Shown: positions 9,788 through 19,621 of the stretch, piece by piece | Position numbering within the stretch: the stretch's first letter is position 1 | Layout of the letters: each line of letters starts with the position of its first letter | Translations under genes and position numbers: made by a program | Origin: Eubacteriales bacterium | GTDB taxonomy: Bacteria > Bacillota > Clostridia > Oscillospirales > CAG-272 | Direction of reading: 5' to 3' | Assembly: GCA_051867875.1 (NCBI GenBank) | Contig: JBJDZG010000001.1 | Span: 17,284 to 81,283 of the forward strand | Length of the DNA: 64,000 nucleotides | Notes under the pieces: generated by a model | Seen by the model: the letters and a program-made list of their open reading frames with translations, nothing else | What the model was told of the DNA's origin: nothing | Databases searched by the model: none

Positions 9788-9918
9788 AGTATGACGCAAA
9801 ATATTGAACGTGTACAAGGACATCGTACGCACCGATTTGGGCCTGTTTCTTTACGAGATATAATCGACGGCGATTCTTTTACACTTCAAAATCCATAGTA
9901 CACATAGGAGAAAAATGT

Positions 9919-10383
9919 ATGCTTGATTATGCTTTAAGTCTTTTGTGGCTTGTCGTTCTCATTGTTTCGATCATTTTTGAAGTTCGTACAAGCGACGTAG
10001 TTTCAGTTTGGTTTATGCCTTCCTCTGCTGTTGCTCTCTTGCTTTCTTTCTTCAAGAGCGGCGATAACATGAAGGACCTTATGATTCAGGTTGTAGCGTT
10101 TGTTCTCGTAACGATTGTTACCTTCCTTATCTTCAAGATTTCGTTCAATAAGAAGATTAAGAGAATGAGAAAGGGCAGAACAAACATCAACGCTATGATA
10201 GGCGAGAAATGCCTCGTTACAGAGGAGATTTCCAATATTCACTCCAAGGGCACAGTAAGATTCAACGGCCTTGATTGGAGCGCACGTTCCGTAGACGATA
10301 ATGACGTTATCGACGAGGGAACAGTAGTTTACATTCACGGAATCGACGGCGTTAAGCTCGTTTGTTCAAGAGATGACAAATAA
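9919..10383 (+). CDS. NfeD-family membrane protein
   Basis: 154 aa with N-terminal TM helices and a C-terminal NfeD OB-fold-like segment (GTVRFNGLDWSARS...); immediately upstream of an SPFH gene, the usual pairing. Confidence 0.8.
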   Translation: MLDYALSLLWLVVLIVSIIFEVRTSDVVSVWFMPSSAVALLLSFFKSGDNMKDLMIQVVAFVLVTIVTFLIFKISFNKKIKRMRKGRTNINAMIGEKCLVTEEISNIHSKGTVRFNGLDWSARSVDDNDVIDEGTVVYIHGIDGVKLVCSRDDK

Positions 10384-10401
10384 GGTTAGGAGGACAAAAT
10401 C

Positions 10402-11328
10402 ATGACAGATGTTATTATTGTTATTGTAGGTTTGCTTTTCCTTGGATTGCTTATCGCAATCGCTAACCTCAGAATCGTACCTCAGTCCAAAGCTTACGTT
10501 ATGGAACGTCTTGGTATTTATTCAAGAACGTGGTACACAGGCTTGCACATCAAGATTCCTTTCATTGAAAGAGCTGCTAAAATAATCGACCTTAAGGAAC
10601 AGGTTGCAGATTATCCCCCTCAGCCCGTTATTACGAAAGATAACGTTCGTATGCAGATAGATACAGTCGTATTCTACCAGATTACAGACTGTAAGCTCTT
10701 TGCTTACGGTCATGCCAAACCCTTGGAAGCTATCGAGCATCTTACCGCTACTACACTTCGTAATATCATCGGTGAGCTTGAACTCGATACTACGCTTACG
10801 TCCAGAGACCTCATCAACTCCAGAATGAGAGCTATCCTCGACGAAGCTACTGACGCTTGGGGTATTAAGGTTAACCGCGTAGAGCTTAAAAATATCATTC
10901 CTCCCAAGGAAATTCAGGATGCAATGGAAAGACAGATGAAGGCAGAGCGTGAAAGACGTGAAGCTATCATTCGTGCAGAAGGTGAAAGAAAGTCCACCAT
11001 TCTCGTTGCCGAAGGTTATAAGCAGGCTGCTATCCTTAAAGCAGAAGGTGATAAGCAGGCAAGAATTCTTGCTGCTGAGGCAGAGAGAGAAGCTGAAATT
11101 TGCAGAGGTGAAGGTGAAGCTGAGTACATTCTTCAGGTTCAACAGGCTACTGCTGAAGGTATCAAGATGGTTAACGCATCCGAGCCTTCCAAGGAAGTTC
11201 TTGCTATCAAGAGTCTTGAAGCATTTGAAAAGGCTGCTGACGGTCAGGCTACAAAGATTATTATTCCTTCCGAAATTCAGGGTCTTGCAGGACTTGCTTC
11301 CAGCGCAAACGAGATTTTCAAAGCATAA
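10402..11328 (+). CDS. SPFH/band-7 (stomatin-like) protein
   Basis: 308 aa with an N-terminal TM anchor, an SPFH core and an E/A/R-rich coiled-coil region (RERREAIIRAEGE...). Confidence 0.9.
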   Translation: MTDVIIVIVGLLFLGLLIAIANLRIVPQSKAYVMERLGIYSRTWYTGLHIKIPFIERAAKIIDLKEQVADYPPQPVITKDNVRMQIDTVVFYQITDCKLFAYGHAKPLEAIEHLTATTLRNIIGELELDTTLTSRDLINSRMRAILDEATDAWGIKVNRVELKNIIPPKEIQDAMERQMKAERERREAIIRAEGERKSTILVAEGYKQAAILKAEGDKQARILAAEAEREAEICRGEGEAEYILQVQQATAEGIKMVNASEPSKEVLAIKSLEAFEKAADGQATKIIIPSEIQGLAGLASSANEIFKA

Positions 11329-11357
11329 TTTAAGCCTATTAACATAATTTATTTTGA

Positions 11358-11388
11358 AAGACACAAGTTTCTTGTGTCTTTCTTTTTT
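11358..11388 (+). terminator. Rho-independent terminator after the SPFH gene
   Basis: Stem aaagacacaag/cttgtgtctt, loop ttt, then TCTTTTTT. Confidence 0.75.
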
Positions 11389-11404
11389 ATTTTTCATAAA
11401 ACCT

Positions 11405-11433
11405 TTGACAAACGGCGTTCTGTTATGTATAAT
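11405..11433 (+). promoter_or_regulatory. Sigma-A-type promoter for rsmE
   Basis: TTGACA, 17-nt spacer, TATAAT; exact consensus 41 nt upstream of the rsmE ATG. Confidence 0.6.
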
Positions 11434-11473
11434 AATATGTAGAAAAGATTTCACGAATACGGGAGAATTTACT

Positions 11474-12220
11474 ATGCCCAGGTTTTTTATCAATAAAGAG
11501 CAAATCGACAACGAACATATAACTATTTACGGCGACGACGCTCACCACATATCTCGCTCGCTTCGTATGGCGGCAGGTGAACATATCACCGTTTCCGACG
11601 AAGACTCGTTTGAATATGACTGCGTTCTTAAACAGTTCAACGACGGCAACGTAGTTGCCAAAATCGTGCATAAATATACTTCCAAAAAGGAAATGCCCGT
11701 CAAGGTGCATCTTTTTCAAGCGTTGCCCAAGGGCGAAAAGCTTGACTTTATAATTCAAAAATCCGTTGAATGCGGTGTTTACGATATTACGCTTTTTGAG
11801 AGCGAAAGATGCGTCGTCAAGGTAAAAGAGGACGCGGAAAACCGCAAAAACGAACGGAGAAATAAAATAGCGCTTGAAGCCTGCAAGCAGTGCGGACGGG
11901 GCAGAATTGTTGAAGTTTATCCCACCGTCAGCTTTGAAACAATGCTTGATATCGCAGGAAAATCCGATGCAGTCCTGTTTTGCTATGAGGGTGAGGGAAC
12001 AGAGCCCTTGGGAGAGGTGCTGAATAACCTCAAAGCCACACGTGAGCTTAAAGATATCGCGCTCATCATCGGTTGCGAGGGCGGTTTTTCGCTTGCCGAG
12101 GTTGAAAAAGCAGAGAAGCGCGGTTTTGCAAAAATCGGACTCGGAAAAAGGATACTCCGCGCCGAAACCGCGTCAATTATGGCGCTCTCATGCCTTGTCT
12201 ACGAATTTGAATTGAAATAA
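11474..12220 (+). CDS. rsmE: 16S rRNA (uracil1498-N3)-methyltransferase RsmE
   Basis: 248 aa from ATG 11474 (MPRFFI...). RsmE-like N-terminal PUA-type and C-terminal SPOUT regions. The track ORF's upstream extension spans a terminator and a promoter, so it is rejected. Confidence 0.9.
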   Translation: MPRFFINKEQIDNEHITIYGDDAHHISRSLRMAAGEHITVSDEDSFEYDCVLKQFNDGNVVAKIVHKYTSKKEMPVKVHLFQALPKGEKLDFIIQKSVECGVYDITLFESERCVVKVKEDAENRKNERRNKIALEACKQCGRGRIVEVYPTVSFETMLDIAGKSDAVLFCYEGEGTEPLGEVLNNLKATRELKDIALIIGCEGGFSLAEVEKAEKRGFAKIGLGKRILRAETASIMALSCLVYEFELK

Positions 12221-12297
12221 TTGTGCATGCTACCATGTATTCTGCCAAAAAAGCACAAAAAAAATTAAAAAAATTAGATAAAATATCAAAAAACCTA

Positions 12298-12326
12298 TTG
12301 AAAAATCACAAAAAATATAGTATGAT
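12298..12326 (+). promoter_or_regulatory. Sigma-A-type promoter for the PucR-family regulator gene
   Basis: TTGAAA, 17-nt spacer, TATGAT; a direct repeat TATAGTAT x2 overlaps the -10. Confidence 0.5.
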
Positions 12327-12380
12327 ATAGTATACTATGTACAAAAACATTTAGAACTTATTAATGAGAGGTTTTAATTT

Positions 12381-13466
12381 ATGTCTAACAGATTGTTTCA
12401 AGGCGTTGTTCATCAGATGAAAGATGCGGTTGACCGCGTAATTGGTGTTATTGATGAAAACGGCGTTGTAGTAGCGTGCTCCGAACTTACTAAAATCGGC
12501 GAAGTAAGACAGGGAGTTGCGGAGGAGATTTCTTACTCTGCAAAATCCTTTACCATGCTTGGAAATACATACAGCCCCATCACGCCCGGCGTAAGAAGCG
12601 AGTATTTCGTATTCGTTGAGGGCGAGGATAAGAATGCTGAAAAAATTGCCAAGATTTTGGTCGTATCCTTTGCTAATATTAAGAATCTTTACGATGAAAA
12701 ATATGATAAGGGCTCGTTTATTAAAAACGTAGTTCTTGATAATATTCTTCCGAGTGACATATATATTAAGAGCAAGGAGCTTCATTTCAATACCGAAGAG
12801 GTAAGAATAGTATTCCTCGTAAAATTCTACGGAAGAACGGATATGATGCCCTTTGAAATTCTCCAGTCTATTTTCCCTGACAGAGCTAAGGACTATATTA
12901 TCAGCGTCAGCGAGCAGGACTGCGTAGTCGTTAAGGAAATAAAGCCCACGACTGACCGTAAGGAAATCGAAGCTATGGCTCAGAATATGGTCAACACCTT
13001 AAATTCAGAGTATTATGCTAAAGTTGCAGTAGGTATTTCCAGCGTCGTTGATAACATTAAGGACCTTGCAAAGGCCTATAAGGAAGCTCAGGTAGCACTT
13101 GACGTAGGTAAGGTTTTTGAAACAGAAAAGAACATCATCAGCTATGAAAATCTCGGCATCGGAAGACTTATTTACCAGCTTCCCACGACAATGTGCGAGA
13201 TGTTCCTCTCCGAAGTATTCAAAAAAGGTTCGCTTGACTCTCTCGACAAGGAAACACTTATGACAATTCAGTGCTTCTTTGAGAATAACCTCAACGTATC
13301 CGAAACTTCAAGAAAGCTTTTTGTACACAGAAACACTTTGGTTTACAGACTTGAAAAAATCCGTAAGCTCACAGGACTTGACCTTCGTGAGTTTGAGCAC
13401 GCCATAATCTTCAAGGTTGCTCTCATGGTTCAGAAATATCTCAAGTCTATTTCTTCAAAATATTGA
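12381..13466 (+). CDS. PucR/CdaR-family transcriptional regulator
   Basis: 361 aa with a C-terminal PucR-type HTH (SETSRKLFVHRNTLVYRLEKIRKLTGLD). Confidence 0.8.
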   Translation: MSNRLFQGVVHQMKDAVDRVIGVIDENGVVVACSELTKIGEVRQGVAEEISYSAKSFTMLGNTYSPITPGVRSEYFVFVEGEDKNAEKIAKILVVSFANIKNLYDEKYDKGSFIKNVVLDNILPSDIYIKSKELHFNTEEVRIVFLVKFYGRTDMMPFEILQSIFPDRAKDYIISVSEQDCVVVKEIKPTTDRKEIEAMAQNMVNTLNSEYYAKVAVGISSVVDNIKDLAKAYKEAQVALDVGKVFETEKNIISYENLGIGRLIYQLPTTMCEMFLSEVFKKGSLDSLDKETLMTIQCFFENNLNVSETSRKLFVHRNTLVYRLEKIRKLTGLDLREFEHAIIFKVALMVQKYLKSISSKY

Positions 13467-13480
13467 TTTGTATGATGTAC

Positions 13481-13515
13481 TTAAGCGAAACGGCGGAGTT
13501 TCCCGTTTCGCTTAA
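13481..13515 (+). terminator. Strong hairpin after the regulator gene (no U-tract)
   Basis: 13-bp perfect stem ttaagcgaaacgg/ccgtttcgcttaa with a 9-nt loop; the tail is not T-rich. Confidence 0.5.
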
Positions 13516-13585
13516 AGTGCGTATTTAGAATGAACTGATTTTTAAGACAATATACGCCATACACTTTGGCAGAATGGAGATTAAT

Positions 13586-14980
13586 ATGAAAAACAAACTT
13601 TTATTATCTTTAGTCTCGATACTTCTTACAGTTATTATTTCAACTTCGTGCGTATCCTGCATTTTCCCCGACTCGTCTTTTCCGGGTTTACCGACAACCA
13701 CTAATAATGATATTGATAATCCCAACGGAACCGAGCCTTCAATCGATTATAACGATACTTTCTATCTCATCGACGCACTCTTTAAGAATTTCTCAATCTT
13801 CGATGTCGATTACGAAACGGCTATGCTCGCCGCTATTCGCGCCTATCTCGGCGCTACGGGCGATAAGTACGCATTGTATTACACCCCCGAAGAACTTAAA
13901 GATATGCAGAGCGATAACAACGGCGATCTCTACGGTATAGGCGTTCAGGTAATTTTCGATTATGACAATTACTACATGGAATTTGTAATGATTTTCCCCG
14001 ATTCTCCCGCTCAGGGTATGCTCGAGGTGGGCGATAAGGTAACTCATATTATGGTAGACGGCGAAAAAGTCGCCCTTGCCGATATAGTTGAGCAGAATAA
14101 AGAAAAGGTAAGAACTCTTTACCCCACATATACCGAGGAAGAGATAAATAACGTAGCTTGCTACGAAACCTTCAGGTACGCTATTTCCAAGCTTAAAGGC
14201 GCTGAGGGAACGTATGCCGAATTTACCGTTGACAGAAACGGTGAGATTCAGGAGCACAAAATCCGGAGAGCAAAGGTTAAAACACTTTCCGTTACTTGCA
14301 AGACCTCAACAAGAGATGCAAGCGTAGGTATCGTTTCAATCAGTGAATTTAATTTGACAACTCCCACGCAGTTCAAGCAGTGCATGGATCAGCTTATCGA
14401 GCAGGGCTGTAACAAATTTATCTTTGACGTAAGAAACAATCCCGGTGGAGACCTTGCATCGGTTGTTGCGGTGCTCAGCACGCTTCTCAATAAGAACGAT
14501 GTAATACTCTCCACAAAGGACCATAACGGAACTGTTGAGATAACAACCGTTGAACCCGTAACCTACTCACCTCTCTCCGACTATTCTTCTTGCAACGTAA
14601 CTAATGCTGATATCGGAAAATACAGAGGTTATGAAATGGTCGTCCTTGCAAATGAAAATTCCGCAAGCGCGGCTGAACTTTTCACGTCAGTGCTTCGCGA
14701 TTATGAGCTCGCACAGATAGTCGGCGTTAAGACATACGGAAAGGGAAGTATGCAGAGCATTATATCCCTCAGCAATTACGGCTCCGAGTATTACGGTGCT
14801 CTTAAACTCACAACTAAGCTCTATTTCCCGCCATGCGGTATCGGATACGACGGCGGTATCGGAATTGAGCCCAATTTCCCCGTAGAACTTGAGGGCGAGG
14901 CGGCGAATACTAATTTCTATAAGCTCACAGAGGCAATAGACAATCAGCTTCAAAAGGCTGTTTCCGTATTAATTGATTAA
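13586..14980 (+). CDS. S41-family C-terminal processing peptidase, probable lipoprotein
   Basis: 464 aa from ATG 13586 (GGAG 6 nt upstream). Signal peptide with lipobox-like IISTSC. S41 motifs RNNPGGDL, NENSASAAE and TYGKGS. Confidence 0.88.
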   Translation: MKNKLLLSLVSILLTVIISTSCVSCIFPDSSFPGLPTTTNNDIDNPNGTEPSIDYNDTFYLIDALFKNFSIFDVDYETAMLAAIRAYLGATGDKYALYYTPEELKDMQSDNNGDLYGIGVQVIFDYDNYYMEFVMIFPDSPAQGMLEVGDKVTHIMVDGEKVALADIVEQNKEKVRTLYPTYTEEEINNVACYETFRYAISKLKGAEGTYAEFTVDRNGEIQEHKIRRAKVKTLSVTCKTSTRDASVGIVSISEFNLTTPTQFKQCMDQLIEQGCNKFIFDVRNNPGGDLASVVAVLSTLLNKNDVILSTKDHNGTVEITTVEPVTYSPLSDYSSCNVTNADIGKYRGYEMVVLANENSASAAELFTSVLRDYELAQIVGVKTYGKGSMQSIISLSNYGSEYYGALKLTTKLYFPPCGIGYDGGIGIEPNFPVELEGEAANTNFYKLTEAIDNQLQKAVSVLID

Positions 14981-15013
14981 TTTATGATTTTATTTATATA
15001 GGAGAATTGACTT

Positions 15014-15496
15014 ATGGCTAAGGCAAAACAGATGTTGTACACAAAAGAAGGCTTCCAGGCTTTGCAGAACGAGCTCAAAGAGCGTCAGACAGTAAAGCGC
15101 GAAGAAATAAAGGAAGCTATCGCTCTTGCACGTTCTTTCGGAGACCTTTCCGAGAACTCCGAGTACGATGAAGCGAGAAACGAGCAGGCGAAAAACGAAG
15201 CGAGAATTCTCGAACTTCAAGCAATGATAGACAATGCTCTTATCGTTGATGAAACCAAAATCGATACGAGCGTTATCAGCATCGGTTCAAGCGTAAGAGT
15301 TTATGATAATGAATACGGCGAAGAGGTTGAATACAGTATCGTTGGTTCTAACGAGGTAGACCCTCTTACAGGAAAGATTTCCGACCAGTCCCCCATCGGC
15401 AGAGCGCTTATGGGTAAGGCTGCGGGTGTAGAAATCTCAGTTGAAACACCCTCGGGAACTATCACGATGAAGATTCTTGAGGTTACAAGAAAATAG
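15014..15496 (+). CDS. greA: Transcription elongation factor GreA
   Basis: 160 aa; GreA coiled-coil (GDLSENSEYDEAR) and C-terminal domain. Confidence 0.95.
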   Translation: MAKAKQMLYTKEGFQALQNELKERQTVKREEIKEAIALARSFGDLSENSEYDEARNEQAKNEARILELQAMIDNALIVDETKIDTSVISIGSSVRVYDNEYGEEVEYSIVGSNEVDPLTGKISDQSPIGRALMGKAAGVEISVETPSGTITMKILEVTRK

Positions 15497-15505
15497 GAGA
15501 AAGAA

Positions 15506-17020
15506 ATGACAGATATTAATAATATCAATGAAGAAATGCTCGGCGTTGACGAAGAGAAGGAGTTAAATTCCGTTCTCCAGATCAGACGCGATAAGCTTGA
15601 CGCACTCAAAGAATCGGGAAACGACCCCTTTACGAAGGTAAAGTACGATTTTGACACGTACAGCGTTGACATTAAAAACAATTTTGATGAGTATAACGAA
15701 AAAGACGTTAAAATCGCGGGCAGAATAATGAGCCGCCGCGATATGGGTAAGGCTAACTTCATCGACGTAATGGACGGTAAGGGAAGAATCCAGTGCTATA
15801 TTCGAGTAAACGACGTCGGTGAAGAAGTTTTTGAACAGTATAAAAAGTGGGATATCGGTGATATCGTAGGAGTCAGCGGTAAAGTGTTTATGACACGTCG
15901 CGGCGAGATATCCGTTCACGTATACGGAATCGAGCTCCTTGCTAAATCCTTGCTTCCTCTTCCCGAGAAGTTCCACGGACTCCGCGATACTGACCTCAGA
16001 TACCGCCAGAGATACGTTGACCTCATTATGAACCCCGAGGTTAAGGATACATTCGTCAAGAGAAGTCAGATTCTTAAATACGTAAGAGAGTATCTTGACT
16101 CCAAGGGCTTCCTTGAAGTTGATACACCAATACTTCTTCCCCTTGAAATCGGCGCTTCCGCGCGTTCCTTCAAGACTCACCATAATACTCTCGATATGGA
16201 TATGTACCTCAGAATTGAAACCGAGCTCTACTTAAAGCGCCTTATAGTAGGCGGTATGGACAGAGTTTACGAGGTCGGACGTATTTTCAGAAACGAGGGT
16301 ATGGATACGAAGCATAACCCCGAATTTACAACGGTTGAGCTCTATCAGGCGTTTACCGATTATAAGGGTATGATGGACCTAGTTGAAGAAATGTACAAGC
16401 TTCTTGCAGAAAAAGTTTGCGGTTCGACTACTATCACGTATCAGGGCAACGAAATTGACATGGCGCATTGGGAAAGACTCACAATGGCAGAGGCGGTCAA
16501 GAAGTATTCGGGCGTTGATTATTACGACTGGACGAGTGATGAGGACGCAAGAGCTTGCGCTAAGGAACATCACGTTGAAGTTCCCGCAGACGCAACAAAG
16601 GGAACGGTGCTTGTTGAAATGTTTGACGCATTCGTTGAGGAGCACCTCATTCAGCCCACCTTTATTTACGATTATCCCGTAGAGAATAGCCCCCTCGCCA
16701 AGCGCAAGGCGGACGACCCTGCATTTACCGAAAGATTTGAGTATTTCATCAACGCAACCGAGTTTGGAAATGCATTCAGTGAGCTCAATGACCCCATTGA
16801 CCAGAAGGAGCGCTTTGAAAAGCAGGTTGCCAAGAAGCTCGCCGAGGACCCCACCTCTAAGGCAGAAGTTGATTATGACTACATTACGGCTCTCGAATAC
16901 GGACTTGCTCCCACAGGCGGTCTTGGCTTCGGAATAGACAGACTCGTAATGCTTCTCACCGACTCCGCATCCATAAGAGACGTTCTCCTTTTCCCGACGA
17001 TGAAGCCCATCGCGGACTAA
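15506..17020 (+). CDS. lysS: Lysine--tRNA ligase (class II)
   Basis: 504 aa; class II LysRS motifs (FRNEGMDTKHNPEFT, GGLGFGIDRLVM). Confidence 0.97.
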   Translation: MTDINNINEEMLGVDEEKELNSVLQIRRDKLDALKESGNDPFTKVKYDFDTYSVDIKNNFDEYNEKDVKIAGRIMSRRDMGKANFIDVMDGKGRIQCYIRVNDVGEEVFEQYKKWDIGDIVGVSGKVFMTRRGEISVHVYGIELLAKSLLPLPEKFHGLRDTDLRYRQRYVDLIMNPEVKDTFVKRSQILKYVREYLDSKGFLEVDTPILLPLEIGASARSFKTHHNTLDMDMYLRIETELYLKRLIVGGMDRVYEVGRIFRNEGMDTKHNPEFTTVELYQAFTDYKGMMDLVEEMYKLLAEKVCGSTTITYQGNEIDMAHWERLTMAEAVKKYSGVDYYDWTSDEDARACAKEHHVEVPADATKGTVLVEMFDAFVEEHLIQPTFIYDYPVENSPLAKRKADDPAFTERFEYFINATEFGNAFSELNDPIDQKERFEKQVAKKLAEDPTSKAEVDYDYITALEYGLAPTGGLGFGIDRLVMLLTDSASIRDVLLFPTMKPIAD

Positions 17021-17039
17021 TTGAATAATACGGCGTCAA

Positions 17040-17068
17040 GAGCCCCGCGTTGTGCGGGGCTCTTTTTT
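17040..17068 (+). terminator. Rho-independent terminator after lysS
   Basis: 9-bp GC-rich stem gagccccgc/gcggggctc, loop gttgt, then TTTTTT. Confidence 0.85.
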
Positions 17069-17103
17069 ATGGCAATTAATTGCTTTGTACAAGAAAATTT
17101 CAC

Positions 17104-17132
17104 TTGACAAAAATGCAAAAATAATATATAAT
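17104..17132 (+). promoter_or_regulatory. Sigma-A-type promoter for the orphan membrane-protein ORF
   Basis: TTGACA, 17-nt spacer, TATAAT; exact consensus. Confidence 0.55.
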
Positions 17133-17188
17133 GCTATTATTAAAAGCGAAAGGGAAATATCGGCTGTAATCAGCCTTTATATAAAACT

Positions 17189-17611
17189 ATGTTTGAGCAG
17201 AATAAAACGCCATATAGAGGACATTTCGTCGCATACATTGCGATGGTGTTCGTGCCTTTGGTGTTCACTTGGATTTTTTACGTTTCCATAATGACCTTCC
17301 AATCTCAATATTCACGGGAGTTCAACTGGGCGTCCGCCAAAACGGCAGGGTGCGGAATAGGAGTTTTGTACCACTTATCCTGTTTGATTACGGGTGCGTT
17401 TTCGCACGACTTCAAGATTGTCAAAAACCGATTAAAAGAATTCTTTTCCGACCTCTTTGTGTCGGCAAAATTGGCTTTCGAGTGGTACTTTGAAGATATC
17501 AAAACAAATGGCTTGGCATTTTGGCTTGATATGTTAGTCATTATTATTAACGCCTCAGTGTTCGTCGATGCCTTCCTCTACTGCGCCAAAATAATAGGGT
17601 GGAAATTTTAG
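17189..17611 (+). CDS. Hypothetical small membrane protein (140 aa, about 3-4 hydrophobic segments)
   Basis: ORF bracketed by its own consensus promoter and hairpin terminator. No family recognised and no obvious Shine-Dalgarno before the ATG. Confidence 0.45.
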   Translation: MFEQNKTPYRGHFVAYIAMVFVPLVFTWIFYVSIMTFQSQYSREFNWASAKTAGCGIGVLYHLSCLITGAFSHDFKIVKNRLKEFFSDLFVSAKLAFEWYFEDIKTNGLAFWLDMLVIIINASVFVDAFLYCAKIIGWKF

Positions 17612-17617
17612 ATATTC

Positions 17618-17648
17618 AAGGGCTTGTAATTTCAAGCCCTTATTATTT
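17618..17648 (+). terminator. Hairpin terminator after the orphan ORF
   Basis: 9-bp stem aagggcttg/caagccctt, loop taattt, A/T-rich tail. Confidence 0.6.
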
Positions 17649-17670
17649 ATATAATTTTTACAATTTGGTA

Positions 17671-17698
17671 TTGAAAAATATTTCAAAAGTGATATAAT
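17671..17698 (+). promoter_or_regulatory. Sigma-A-type promoter for dxs
   Basis: TTGAAA, 16-nt spacer, TGaTATAAT extended -10. Confidence 0.5.
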
Positions 17699-17731
17699 AT
17701 TATAGATACCCAAAACATATAGGAGAATGAA

Positions 17732-19609
17732 ATGGAAGATAATAAATATAAATATCTTGATAAAATAAATTCTCCTGCGGAACTTAAAGCTTTGCAGGAG
17801 GACGAAATCCCCCTGCTTGCAGAGGAGATACGCGAGTTTTTGGTTGAGAACGTTACGAAAACGGGCGGTCATCTTGCTTCAAATCTCGGCGCAGTCGAGC
17901 TGACGCTTGCAATACACAGAGTTTTTGATATACCCCGCGACCACCTGATTTTCGACGTGGGACATCAAAGCTACGTGCATAAGATAATCACGGGCAGAAA
18001 GGACGCCTTTGATACACTTCGCCAAGGAGGCGGACTCAGCGGATTTACTAAGAGAAGCGAAAGCGAGTGCGACTGCTTTGGTGCAGGACACAGCTCTACG
18101 TCTGCGTCCGCGGGCTTGGGATTTGCCATAGCTGACAGACTTAACGGAAGCGACGCGACGACTATCGTCGTGCTCGGCGACGGTGCTTTTACGGGCGGAA
18201 TGGTGCACGAAGCACTCAATAATGCCGAACGTGATTTGAAATTTATAATAGTTCTGAATGAAAATGAAATGTCTATATCAAAGAATATCGGTTCATTTTC
18301 AAAAATACTTACCAAATTAAGACTCCGTCAGGGTTACGTAAAGACAAAAGCAGCCGCAAGAAAGGCAATACTTGCAATTCCCCTTGTCGGTAAACCTCTT
18401 TTCAAACTACTCAAAAATATTAAAAAGAGAGTTAAGGATATACTTTTCGGAAGCAATTATTTTGAAAATCTCGGTCTTTACTATATAGGTCCGATTGACG
18501 GAAACGATGAAAAACAGGTCGAGGACGCGTTAAGAGTCGCAAAAACTTGCAAAGAAAGTGCCGTAGTGCACGTTAAGACCGTCAAGGGAAAGGGGTACGC
18601 TCCCGCAGAGGAAAACCCGAGCAAATACCACGGAATTGCTCCGCAGGGCACAAATGAGCAGACTGCCTGCTTTTCAAAGCAACTCGGAGAATATCTTATA
18701 GACCTTGCAGATATGGACGATAAGGTATGTGCTATCACTGCCGCTATGCTTGACGGTACGGGGCTTGCTTCTTTTGCCGAGAAATACCCCGAGAGAACGT
18801 TCGACGTAGGCATAGCAGAGGAGCACGCGCTCACCTTTGCGTGCGGTCTTGCCGCCCGGGGCTTCAAACCATATTTTGCCGTGTATTCCACGTTTCTTCA
18901 ACGCTCCTATGACAATATGATTCACGATATGGCGCTTCAAGGACTGCCTGTCAAGATTTGTATTGACCGCGCAGGACTCAACTATTCAGACGGAGCTACC
19001 CATCACGGTATTTTCGACGTTGCAATGCTTTCGCATATTCCGAATATGACACTCTATTCCCCCGTAACATACGCTACGCTCAAAACGGCACTTGATGAAG
19101 CAAATTCACTTGATTTACCCGTAGCCATAAGATACAATAAGGGCGAGGAATCCAAAGAAATACTGAACGCGTTTTATCAAAGTGCTCCGACAGATAAACT
19201 CGGAATCAGAACGGATTATAAAAATCCCGAAGAGCTCGATGCAGTAATTATTACGCACGGCGCAATAGCTCTTGAAGCACTCAAAGCGAAATCCATTCTG
19301 GCGTCGTCAGGCATCAAGGTGGGAATAATTATTGCCGAGAGAATAATGCCTTATTCTCGGCTCTCCGAAGATATCGAGCGCGTATTGCCCGAAAAGTCGG
19401 TAAAAATTCTTACTCTTGAAGAGGAGATAAGAGCGGGCGGATTCGGAATGATGATTCTCGATAAGCTGAACGATAAAGAAATAATGAAAAATAAAAAAAC
19501 GAAAATAATGGCGCTTGACGGTACGTTTGCAGACAAGTACGGAAGTGATATATACGCTTCCTTCGGTCTTGACGGCGTAAGCATTGCCAACACAATAAAT
19601 AAAATGTAA
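17732..19609 (+). CDS. dxs: 1-deoxy-D-xylulose-5-phosphate synthase
   Basis: 625 aa; Dxs N-terminus (LDKINSPAELK) and ThDP motif GDGAFTGGM...NEN. Confidence 0.96.
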   Translation: MEDNKYKYLDKINSPAELKALQEDEIPLLAEEIREFLVENVTKTGGHLASNLGAVELTLAIHRVFDIPRDHLIFDVGHQSYVHKIITGRKDAFDTLRQGGGLSGFTKRSESECDCFGAGHSSTSASAGLGFAIADRLNGSDATTIVVLGDGAFTGGMVHEALNNAERDLKFIIVLNENEMSISKNIGSFSKILTKLRLRQGYVKTKAAARKAILAIPLVGKPLFKLLKNIKKRVKDILFGSNYFENLGLYYIGPIDGNDEKQVEDALRVAKTCKESAVVHVKTVKGKGYAPAEENPSKYHGIAPQGTNEQTACFSKQLGEYLIDLADMDDKVCAITAAMLDGTGLASFAEKYPERTFDVGIAEEHALTFACGLAARGFKPYFAVYSTFLQRSYDNMIHDMALQGLPVKICIDRAGLNYSDGATHHGIFDVAMLSHIPNMTLYSPVTYATLKTALDEANSLDLPVAIRYNKGEESKEILNAFYQSAPTDKLGIRTDYKNPEELDAVIITHGAIALEALKAKSILASSGIKVGIIIAERIMPYSRLSEDIERVLPEKSVKILTLEEEIRAGGFGMMILDKLNDKEIMKNKKTKIMALDGTFADKYGSDIYASFGLDGVSIANTINKM

Positions 19610-19621
19610 GGGGAGAGGACA

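Noticed and set aside
10522-11511. 329-aa minus-strand ORF opposite the SPFH gene, and similar long antisense ORFs at 47343-48260, 51866-52834, 55344-56168, 31584-32219, 38843-39565 and 15563-16183
   Set aside because: Each lies antisense to a confidently identified conserved gene (SPFH, miaB, mutL, glyQS, tsf, DUF512/der, lysS). The translations look like junk, and none has a start context.
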